A stretch of DNA of 62,574 bases, the filler included, from Diploschistes diacapsis (taxonomy: Eukaryota), in assembly GCA_023645945.1 (NCBI GenBank). It is 7 parts of 7 records of this genome, joined end to end, with 100 filler letters (N's around TTAATTAATTAA, not from the genome) between each part and the next. Parts side by side here need not be neighbours in the genome. Positions count along the whole stretch, not along the records: positions 45,522 to 51,145 come from JALAIB010001512.1; positions 51,246 to 56,867 come from JALAIB010001513.1; positions 56,968 to 62,574 come from JALAIB010001514.1; 4 more parts are not named here. One strand, given 5' to 3'. The notes under the pieces were generated by a model that saw nothing but the letters and a program-made list of their open reading frames with translations, was not told where the DNA came from and searched no databases. Shown piece after piece: positions 48,962-59,793 of the stretch; position 1 is the first letter of the stretch; the number at the start of each line of letters is the position of its first letter. The position numbers and the translations under genes were made by a program.

Positions 48962-50329
48962 TCTTAAGCTGGCGCCAGCCGGGCGCACACACGCACAACT
49001 AGCGCGCCAGGGTCATAGTCCGAGGTAGTTTGCCTAAGTACCATCGAGTTGAGTGACGGGTTAAGGGAAGAAGATCAGGGTCCAAGACCAAGATCAGCTT
49101 GATCCTATCTTATACAGCTCGAGCTCCGACATCGCATTTTCCTTTTCCTTTTCCTTTTTGCTCGCTTCCATGATCCATCTGTCACTGCTGCGTTTCAGTG
49201 CCCACAACCAACAGGCCCGACCGACTTGCCACTTTGGGAACCTCCTGTAGGAGCGGCTACTGACCGACCAGCCAAGCAGGCAGGCAGGCAAAGGGGGCAG
49301 GGCAGCTACTTCATATGGCCACCAGTAATGGTGCGCAAGCCCCGCTGCAAGCCTCCCCCCCCCCCACCAGCCCAGTCAGTCCTGGGTCCCCACGCCCCCA
49401 GCTGATCACCCACACAAAAGTTTTTTCTAGCAGTCGAGTCGATTGAATCGTGATCAGTCACACTCTCCAAAGTTCCCTCCCCTTTGCCTGGTTCCCTGTG
49501 GGATCACTTTGTAGCCATCCACACATGACACGGGGCGCGCAATACGGGTGCGAAACTCGTGATGGTGGACAAAAAAACAACTTGTGCAAAGCTGCTCCCG
49601 CCTGCCCCTCACGGCGGCTCGCTGCATGATGTGTGAATCGCATAGCCCCGAGTTTGGCACAAAACATAGCTGGTAGTAGATGGTAGATACGGGGGGGCTG
49701 CGCGCTTCTCGCTTTCCGGGGCAAAAAATACAAGGAACTTTTTTTTGCAAATGGGGGTTTCGGTGGAGGAGAGAAATGGGGGTCTGGTCGGGGGGCATTT
49801 TGGTTGGGTGATGGGATTTGGTCTAGTCACGAGGGACTCGGATCTTTTGTACGAGTCCCTGGTGGGTTTTATGCTTATGCTTCATAGCCATCCTGCTTGT
49901 TGCATTACGATCATGGAACAGGTAGACGCCTCGTCCCAAAACACTTCTTCGCAAGATGTTCTACTCGGCTAATTGAGAACTTGAAGACCCCGTCTATGGC
50001 GATGGAAGTTCCAAAACTCTAGGGATAATATTGGTGACTCGTAGGTGGACCATATACACTTGCGATATCATGATAATTTACACAGCAATTATCCCTTCCA
50101 TCGCCTTGTACATTCACGAAGAGCCCCAGGAGTGCATCAGATCAACTACAAATAAAAACCTCAGACGTCTATGGCAAGCTTCGGGTCTCTTCAGTTTATA
50201 CCGCAACTCCGGAGCTATGCACAATTCAAACCAAACGCCGTGGCTTAAAAAAAGATAGGGTATCGATAGAGAAGAGGATATTCGTCAAGAGATGGCGATG
50301 TTCTTCGGCAAGTGCTATTCTGCCTACTA

Positions 50330-51145
50330 TACACATAAATTATAAGATGAGTACTATGGTTTTATAGATACTTTTTTAATCACTTAAATTTGTTTATAGT
50401 TATAAGTACCTATAAAATCATTTTTTTCTTTAATTATATTTATTTACTTTTTACGCGATTTATATACTTTTTTTATTGTTTTTAATCTTATCTTTTTAAT
50501 TATTTTTTAAATATAATAGATGTTTTTTTATTTATTCGTCTTATATCTTTTACCGCCGATGCGGTTACGTTTAACGTAATCGCCGATATCGATAACGACG
50601 ATAAATTAGATTTTAAAGATCGTATGTTTTATAATATCTTCGTCGTTATTTTAGGCCGTAAAAATATCGTTTTTTCTTTCGCTTTTTTTTCCGTTCCTTC
50701 CATCGCCCCTACCTCGCCTACCTTTGCTACGCTCGTCGCGCTCGTCGCGTCCGTTCGTTTTCGTTCTTTTTTACCGCCGTTATTTATTACGGGAAGGTTT
50801 TATAGCTTTTTTACGGATTTTTCGACGTAAAAAGCGCGTTTTTTTACCGTCGCGGATATTTTACGGATAATCGCGGCGAATTTTAACGCGTTTTGATTAT
50901 ATATAGATAATTTTTAGACGTTTAATAAAACGTTTAAAAATATTACGTAATATCGTTATCGTTATTAACGTAACGGCGATATCGAATCGAGATTTATTAC
51001 ATATAATATCGATATATAAAAAAAATAACGCGGGATCGCGTGATTTATAATATAATTATCGCGATCCGTAAGGACGTAAACGACGTAATACTAAAATAAA
51101 TACTCTCGTTCGTCGATTATTACGTTGAATTTTTTAATATAAACG
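50330..51145. repeat. AT-rich, RIP-like degenerated repeat at contig end
   Basis: Abrupt switch to very AT-rich sequence, TpA-rich and CpA/TpG-poor. Most surviving C/G are in CpG. Confidence 0.75.
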
Positions 51146-51245
51146 NNNNNNNNNNNNNNNNNNNNNNNNNNNNNNNNNNNNNNNNNNNNTTAATTAATTA
51201 ANNNNNNNNNNNNNNNNNNNNNNNNNNNNNNNNNNNNNNNNNNNN
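51146..51245. other. Artificial contig-joining spacer
   Basis: N44-TTAATTAATTAA-N44. Confidence 0.98.
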
Positions 51246-51644
51246 GTGCAGGGGTGGGAAAAGAGGGGAGATTTGGTGTCGAGGAGGCGGCAAGGGCGTG
51301 TAGTTTGGAAGTTACGTGGCAGACGGGGATGTGGGGTGAGGTCGAGGACACGCATGATGTGGAGAAGGAGGATCTGAGGAGGCAGCTGGGGAGCGTGGTG
51401 ATGCTTGTATCCGGCATGGGCACGGGAGCGTCATGATTGTGAATTTCTCGTTTCTATTTTTTGGTGTTTATCTGCAAGCAAGCAAAGCATAATCACACTC
51501 ATGAGAAGGACCCATATCAATTTTCAGGTCCTTCCTCTGTTCCGTCCCTTGAGATCAGTCCATTTCTCCCCAGCCTGGCTCGGTCAAATAAAGGTCCTCG
51601 ACATGGTTCTTCATGGCATCTCATGACTTTTAATATTTCCCCCC

Positions 51645-54551
51645 TCACCTCCGTGAGGCCCGCACCAGATCTCCAAATGCTCCTTCCACAGCCCTTTTAA
51701 TCTCTTTGTAGCTTACTACCATGACGATCTGATCATCTCGGCTCGTAAGCACCATTTTCTCCTCTGAACCGGCATCCAGCTTGTTTAAGCATGCCAGAAC
51801 ATGTCCCATATCCAACACAGGGTTACTCTGGGCGTCCACCTGGTGGAACACAAAGTCTCTAAATAACTTGATGGGAAAACGCTCGCCAGTCTCTGCCCAT
51901 TGACGGTCATGGCTGTAGTCCGGACGCTCCGTAATGAAGTTCAATTTCATCATTAGGCGCACAATTCGCGAGTTCTCTAGCTCACGGTTCAATTCCGACA
52001 TGAGCTGGTCGCTCAGGTGCTGCTGCGCATCGAAAGCGCCCAGCGTATGCCCTTCGATGCTGGCGGTAAACGCATCGATCGTCTCGAATTTGGGGGAGTT
52101 CATCGTATTGAGAAGATTGAAAACTCGGTCTTTCAGCTGGGCGCTGTATGAACGCGAGAATTGCTCCATCGCTTTTGACAGACTGTGAGCGGTTGCCGAA
52201 GCGTTGATGCCCAGTGACACAATGAGGCGGCCGAATTGAGTCATATCTTCCCTCTGTAAGTCCTGGATGGGTCTTGGGATGTCGAATTGTACAATATCCA
52301 GAACACCACACGCATTGAGTCTGATGCGGTTTTTGCTTGTCAGCAGAACTTTCGTGGCATCAACCACGCGAGCCGCAAGGCCTGCTGCATGGATAGTTTT
52401 CAGCGCATTCGCAATCTGCACCATGTAAGTCCAGAGTATCTGCTCGGTGACGTGCGTAGCGGAATTGCGATTCGAGTATCGGGATGTCGCGAAGTGAGCC
52501 TCGGCCAAAGTTTTCGACAGTGGATGGTAGTCAGTAACAATCATAAGGGAGCTGTCTCCAAAGCTTCGATTCGTGAACGCGTCGATGACTGCCACCACGT
52601 TGCCACTGCTCACACGCTTCCAGTTCTGGATAGACCGAATAGACTTTTCATTAGTAAGACGGTAGCCTGTCAATAACTTTAGCATCGGCAATGGTCGAGG
52701 TTCACGAACCTACCTTCCAAACGACGCAGGGCATAGGTATTCCCGTCCTTGCTAGAGACCGCTTTGTAGACCCAACTCGGATAACCAAACAGCGTCGTGT
52801 TCTTCTGGTTCGTGGTGTCGAGCGGCACGAGGGAGTGGAAGTGGTCGATTTGTGGCGGCAAGGAGGAATCTAGGAACGGTGAACATGGTAATCTTGGTGA
52901 TTGAGTTTCACATACTTGGCAACGTCTGCAGAGCAGCGGCAGACTTGCGCTGCAAGTCCTCGCGCAGACTATCAGAGATGAAAAAGTCATGGGCAGCTCG
53001 TTGGTACGGAAGCAGGTTTTCTCGATGAGGCCCGAGTGGAGTGTAAAGGTGATATTGCAGGGGCTGAGAGTAGGAGTTGGCTTGAAAATATTGTGGGTTA
53101 CTACTAGCACCTGGATCTTGAGCGTAGGGATTCATCTGCGGCTGGTGCTGAGTGTGGGCTGCTGAAGGTATGGGAGAGGCCGAGCTCATGTAAGGATCGA
53201 ACAAGCCTTGCTGAAGGGTACTGTTTGTATCTGCCTGTTCATACGAGTGAGCTTGCGAACGACGTGAGCTGTTGTGAGAGTAAGCATAGGATTGGGCATT
53301 CTTCCTCCGGTTTCTGTTCTTCCTGGGTTTCCTTGGCTGAAGGATAGAAACAGGGCCTGGTAGTGCGGGATCCTCAAAGGAGGTATCATGGAACCTCGTG
53401 CGAGCGTTCGACATCCTTGAAGGTAGGGAAGCATAGCTTGTGCCGCTTCCTGAGCTCCATCGACGATCATCGTTTGGACCATTGAGGGGCTCAAAAGGCG
53501 TGGCCCTTGCGTTAAATCTTGAGTAGCCCTTGTAATTCATTGGTTTCGGTTCCATGATATCGTCAGATGAGAGTAACCCACTCTCATAGGACACAGACCG
53601 ACGAGGTAGTGGGCTTATGGAATCTCGAGAGGGGGGCGTCAAGCTCTCGTTTCGGAGGTAGCGAGCTGCATCGTCGTACATAGGCGCAGCAAAAGTAAAC
53701 GGGCTGAAAGGAAACGACCGACCTTTGGCTGACTCCATTCTCGATCGGTTGCAGAATTTCCGTCGAGAGTTGTGCATTCTTCGAGGCACCGTGGGTGGGT
53801 CGGGCTTTATTTATACAAGGAAAGAAATAGAGAATTATTACTTACCATGGGCGTCACGGCGTGTGATTGAGGCAGGAACTCAACAGCATCGGAGGAAGGA
53901 GCCATTGACCAGTCTGGAGCTGCAGGGTTGTATTGCTTTTTGCTGTATCCTCCAAAGTCGGTGCTTCCTGAAATAGCAAAGGTCAGTCATGGCAATTCTA
54001 CACTCACTTTAACATCAAAAGGATAATGTGGTCTACCTGAGCTCATGCCTTTGGGCTTGAAAGGAGCGGCACTGGCAGCTTTCGGTGACAAGCCTAATGC
54101 CTTGGTTGTTGTTCCGTTGACTGCAAGAGAAGCTCCATTCAATATGGCAGGCGTGAAGCTTGGAGAGTCTACGTTGAATTTCTTCTTCGAGCTGCAGCAA
54201 TATATAGTATGAGCAGGGTGATCCCGGAGTACAGGTCAGGCACCTCACCCGTCTGCAGTTCCATGTGCCTTGACAGGATCATGGTTGAACGCGCAACCTT
54301 CAGAAGCTTATCAGTCTTTGGCTCTTCTCTTATGCTCCAATTTCCCGATACCTTTGTTTTCATACCGGCAATGTCCATAAATTGTGACATTCCGGCACAG
54401 TGTGTCCTTTGTGGTATCTGCAAGAAGGCTCCCCGTCAGCGCCCACTCTTTGGATCCCGCTTCGTTGTCAGGATATACCACGACCCTTTGGCCTTGGGGA
54501 GACAGCTCCCCTCCTAGCATCATCTGATGCACCTCTTGCTCCAGACGCCAT
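51645..54551 (-). CDS. PAN3: PAN2-PAN3 deadenylase subunit Pan3
   Basis: Multi-exon, ATG 54551. CCCH finger CRNVTIYGHCRYENKGCAFNHD, PAM2-like KKKFNVDSPSFTP, pseudokinase (FHSLVPLD, YKAVSSKDGNTYALRRLEG), C-terminal ELENSRIVRLMMKLNFITERP, WAETGER, LNKLDAG. Long intron 53235-53845. Confidence 0.96.
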
Positions 54552-55069
54552 TGCAATCGAAAGAGCTCAAGTAACCTCCATAGCTAGGGGAAAAATCGAA
54601 ACATGTGCGGAAGTGAGCTGGAAGCCTTTGCTGAGTCTGCCGCGGATGCATACTATATATATGCACCCATTGTGCCGCTAAGAAACGGAGAGATGGGTTA
54701 CAGATGAAGCGAACGAAGCGAGAGAGGACAAGACCTAGCTATACCGTTAACGACATGAGACTCAGAGATGCACACACTGGGGCAGCAGAGCTTCCAGAGC
54801 TCAGATTTGAACAAATCAGTACAGCATGAGGGGCGCGTCAGCTTTCTTCCTACGACGCCGCAGTATCTCTGGTCAAGCCACATTATTGCGCCACCCGTCT
54901 CTATTCTATCTCATCTCAGCACGTGACGGATCTTGACACGTTCGGCAAGCCGATAAGATCCGGCATCCCGACATCCTTGCCGGCTTCAAGCCGATATCGA
55001 AAAGGGGTAATAACTTGACAGCTTGTTTAAGCTGGCTGTCCTGGTACATATGGAAGTTCTCGATTCTCC

Positions 55070-56460
55070 CCTCCATTAGGATACACGAACCGAGATCTTT
55101 GCCCTACTATATCCCATGTAAGTCCCCACGTCAACGGGGTTGCTGTTTGCTGGACACTGGTTAATCTAGATAATTGTATTCTTAGGTATGTCGCCTTGTT
55201 TTATGAGCTTCCAAATCTTATATCCTTGATCTAGGTCACATAATTGCATTTTTCAAGAATTCCAATGGCCTAATCGACAGGGGCAGGTATACCAATCGTT
55301 TTCTTTACACAGAACGTTTCGACCAACTTCAAGTTGACAGATCAAAGAGAGTACATTAGCAAATCCGGAGAGCCTTTCTTACCCGAGCTGGCAGGTGAAA
55401 AGATCGTCATCGTAACATCTGCCGAACATGTAAATGCCACATACAAGAACACAACAGACCTGAGCTTCAACACGATGTCAAAATAGTCCATCAGCAGGTT
55501 GCGCAGGTTTCGCTAGGAGGCTTTAGGCTTCTCAGGAAGACGGTGCATGAGAGCTTTGAGTCCCAGCATCCCAATCCAAAGAAGATGCCCTTGGCTTATA
55601 CAGACAATGAATTGTTTCATAAGCAAGTATTGCCTGGCGCACCCCTTGAAGACTTGACCAGACACTTCATGAGCCAGCTTGAGAGTACAACCCGTTGGGA
55701 CTCTTTCCAGAAAAGTGTGATTGCTGCAGCCAGCAGTGAATCCGAAAAAGTGGTGTCTCTCCATCAATGGAAGCTTCAGGTCCTAGCAGATGCTGCTATT
55801 CGCTCCTTCTACGGTGACGCTCTTCCAAGATTGCTTCCGGACATAAACTCGATATTCGACCAATGGGATATGAACAGCTACATGACAACATATCGATACC
55901 CTGCTTTCGTAGCTCAGATTCCACTACACCATTACGATCCTCTTCACATGTCAACATCGACCACCGCTACCTACTCGCCAAGTGCCCGCTCCTGAATTCC
56001 GTCTTCAACGAGACTCTCCGCACGACATCCACCACCTCCAACATCCGCGAAGTCACCAACGACGTCCGGATCGGCGGCAAGGTCCTCCACAAAGGATCCA
56101 AGGTCTTCGTGCCTCTCCGAGACCTCATGCTGAACGAAACAGGCTTCGGCAAGGACGCGAAGGAGATGGATCGCGAACGATTCATGCGCAATAAAGGCCT
56201 GGAGCGCCCCCCGTACTACCGGCCCTTTAGTGGTGGGATCGTGCTGTGCACCGGGAGGTACATTGCGCGACGGGAAGTGCTGGGCTTTCTGGCTATAGCG
56301 CTGTGGCGGTTCGATATGGAGGTCGTAGGCCGGGACGAGACGTTGCATGGGGATCAAGGGGAGGGGCTTCCCGGGGCTGGATCTGGGGAAGCCGAGCTTG
56401 GGGATCGCGATTCAGGTTCCTGGGGACGACATGGTTATCAGGGTTAGGCGGCGGAAATAG
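55070..56460 (+). pseudogene. Cytochrome P450 pseudogene (CYP7/CYP8-like fungal clade)
   Basis: Fragments EPRSLPYYIP, GHIIAFFKN, GEPF..LAGEKIVIVTS, ETLR (ExxR) and heme motif FSGGIVLCTG, plus tail FPGLDLGKPSLG..GDDMVI. In-frame TAG at 55484, frameshifts near 55500, 55920 and 56345, I-helix region absent. Confidence 0.8.
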
Positions 56461-56867
56461 TAAGCAGAGGGTGGATCATATGAGCGTTTGTATATGCAGA
56501 ACAAATAGATACAATAATCTGTCCAGGCGGCGAGGAACTGCGCGAGCGAGCAGTCGTCCGCTGGGACATGCGCGGGGTTTGAACGAGGGGGTCGCAAGGG
56601 TCGGGCCACCGATCGTAGAAGTTCCTGGCTGCCGATGTTGGGCGTCCAGGAAGACGATGCGCGCGACGGCGTTTGGGTGGGAGTGCCTGTTGGAGCCGGG
56701 GCGCGGTGCGCGCCCATTGAGTGGGTATTGGAGCTGGGGGCTGGTATCCGAGCCCGGAATTGGGGAAGAGCGTGGGGGAAAGAGGGCCTGCCCGCAGCTC
56801 GTGCAGGTCCCCGCGCTGCGTCGCCGGGGTCGTGTCCGTGGCCGGCTTCCTTCCCCGAGGGAGGGAG

Positions 56868-56967
56868 NNNNNNNNNNNNNNNNNNNNNNNNNNNNNNNNN
56901 NNNNNNNNNNNTTAATTAATTAANNNNNNNNNNNNNNNNNNNNNNNNNNNNNNNNNNNNNNNNNNNN
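56868..56967. other. Artificial contig-joining spacer
   Basis: N44-TTAATTAATTAA-N44. Confidence 0.98.
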
Positions 56968-59290
56968 CTCCCATCCACCCCCAGCTCCTCCCCCAACAAC
57001 TTTCTCTTAAAACCCTTAACCCAGCCGTTCCACACCTCCACCTCATCGTACGCATCCATCCCCCACCTCAACGTCGCCATCTCCTCCAGCACCCTCTCGT
57101 CCTCTCTGTCACCGAAGGCATTGCGCACACGGTCCTCGATGATAGAGCCGAGCTGGCGCCCGGCTTCAGCGATGCGGTCGTCGCCGTCACCGTGCTCGAG
57201 GACCTGTTTGAAGGAGGATATGGGGTTGGAGGGGGTGATGTGTATGGATTTGTTTTGGAGGGATTTTTTGAGGAGGCTGTCGATGTCGAGGCCGGATATT
57301 GGAGCGGGGCCTTCGGATTTGCGTTTGCGGGATTTGGTTTGGGGAGGGACTGGAAGGATGAGAAGGAAGAGGGGTGAGTAAAGGAAGATCTGATGTGCTG
57401 GTAAGATCAAGAGGGTTGTGGGCTTACCTGGCTTGACGCCTGCGACTTCTTTTAGGCGTTTGAGCTGGGCTTTGGATCTCTCGACTAGTTCGTCCGGGAT
57501 CTGAGAGTACTTGAGTAGGATGTCGTGGGGTGGTGGGACGGGACCTGTGGGATGCGCGGCGCGCCAGCGGATGGAGTTGTCGATGTGGTGGAGCATGGGG
57601 GAGAACATGTCTTCCATGCGGGCATACTCTGTCAAATTTCTATATCCTGTTAGTTTCGGTTAACATACGTCGAGTATGAGGTCGTACCCATCCTCGTCAT
57701 GCACCTCCATCAGGTCCATACTATCAACGTAGTCGTCCATTGCTTTCTGAAGTTCCTTGCTCGGTAGGTTTCGATGCTCTTTGAGTTCCTTGCCCGAGAC
57801 TGTGAAGACTTTGTCTAGCGGTGCGAATCGGTATGTCCGGACATCCTCCGCGAAGGGGAGCTGCACATCGATCAAGCACTCAAAATCCGGATCGATAGAC
57901 GGCGCTAACAGAACGAGCAGCGGCTCTTTGTTGTCTTTTACGACTAGCCGCGCTATGGCATAGGAATCGACCTCCTGAAGTGCACGAATGAATGAAGACA
58001 AGGCTATGGAAGCTTTCGTGTTGCCCTTTTGAGGTACAATCATACAGCTCTGCGACATCTCCATTTGTCTGGGAAACTGCGGTACAAAGTCAACCTAGAG
58101 TACAAGAACAAAGCGTTGTAGCACTCGCGTTATCGCTTGGAATAAAACCTATTATCTCTAGCCCAGCCTTCGTCTCGAGCTTCAGAACGCTCCAATCGGA
58201 TTCCGAGATTGGCACGGCGGTTCGCCCATACTCGTAGCCTTTGGCGAGGTCTTCGAACTCGACTTCACGTTTGCCATTCGGAGCTTCGGGATCCTCGACT
58301 GTATAGAGCCGAGTGGTCTTGATACCACTTAAGCTACTCCCATCCACACCTCGGTCTCCATCTGGATCTGCCAGCATGGTGGTAGAGGACTGAGTACTTC
58401 CCTGACCCTTGATGACGTATGAGCTTGCACTAGGCGGCTTTCGGACCATTGTCTTGGGATAACGCTCGACGTCAATCGAGAGACTTCTTTCATCGTTTGG
58501 ATCGCCAAGCGTAAGCCGTCCCTTGAAAGAGGCCACGGGCTTTGTAGACTTCAGGCGTGGCAGCTTAAGTTCTTCGATCGCCTCAGCAAGCGTTCCGAAG
58601 GTGCCTTCGCTGTCTTCCGCAAGGGACTTTAGAATCGCTTCATTCCGGGCCTATGGGATAATTAGATGGGCCAAAATCGTACGAACATCGTTTACCTTCT
58701 CCTTGTCCTTGACTTCTTCTTTGTACCCAAAATTAGGATCGTCGAAATCGACTCCACTGGATACATATTAGCAAGGTACTTTAGCAAGCCGAATATCATT
58801 ACAGAACGACAAGCTCAATATTATCTTCTTTGAGTTTTGAAGCAATCGCCTCGACCTGGTGAGTATCAAGCTCGCCACGACCGCTCGTAACAAGCACAAT
58901 CTTCCGCTTGTACTTGAGCTTCTTGCACTTCTTCTCGATCATATCGATCGCGACGACCAAAGCAGAAATAGCATCTCCTTGAGAAGTCATGCTGGGCCTG
59001 ACAAGCTCCTGCAGTCGTTTCAGATCAGGGAGTAGGACCTGACTCAGCTCCTGTAGCACCGTAATGTGATGAAAACTCTCTTCCTTCGAGAGGTCATTGG
59101 CTGTCTCGTCTGTCTTTAAGGTAACGACGGCTTGCAGAGTTGTCTTCCTATCTAGGGCCATGATGCCGGTGACCTTGTCCCATATGTAGGTCAAAGCCCA
59201 GTCGAGGTCCGACTGCTCACGGCCGCCATGTTTCCTTCCCATCGATTTGCCTACGTCGATAATGTAGACGGTTGCCTCTTTTTCCGCCAT
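56968..59290 (-). CDS. KU80: ATP-dependent DNA helicase II subunit 2 (Ku80), 3'-truncated
   Basis: ATG 59290 [14 protein letters not shown]. Motifs [47 protein letters not shown]. Introns 58757-58802, 58651-58695, 58077-58128 (GC-AG), 57640-57687, 57350-57427. Confidence 0.96.
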
Positions 59291-59793
59291 CCTGTCGGCG
59301 ATGGGCTTCAAACTCTATAAACATGCATTCTTCAACAGGGGAACAGTCAAGGGCAATTAGATTGCTTAATCGACGCTTGCAAGACGCAGAGGGTGCGGAT
59401 TGGATTCTTAAAGTGGGAGCCCGGGTGCAGGGCCTGGCCTCGTGCTTCCTGTTAAAATAGACACAGAACGAAGCCCAGCAAGACTATCTAGTCCAGTTTG
59501 ATAGTAGATAACTTCTTCAATAGATTTCAGCTTGCTGATCATGCGGTGAATAGGATCCTACTTTGATGACAGCGGTTTCATTCTTCAATGCAGGTTTGAC
59601 TAGCTACAGGTTTTACTGCTGACAATTATTAAGCAAGAAAGACTCCGCTGTACTGTCTAAATCGTATTATTTTTCCAAGGTAATTAATTGTGTTCATCGT
59701 TCAAGTATTTACAAATAAAACTATATACTATTACTCAAGGAAATCCTATACGTGTACCATCATGTATACCTTAGGCGCGACGTAAGCGTGTAA

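Noticed and set aside
26142..56460. Triterpene biosynthetic cluster (oxidosqualene cyclase + P450)
   Set aside because: They are on different contigs, the P450 is a pseudogene, and ERG7 has housekeeping neighbours.
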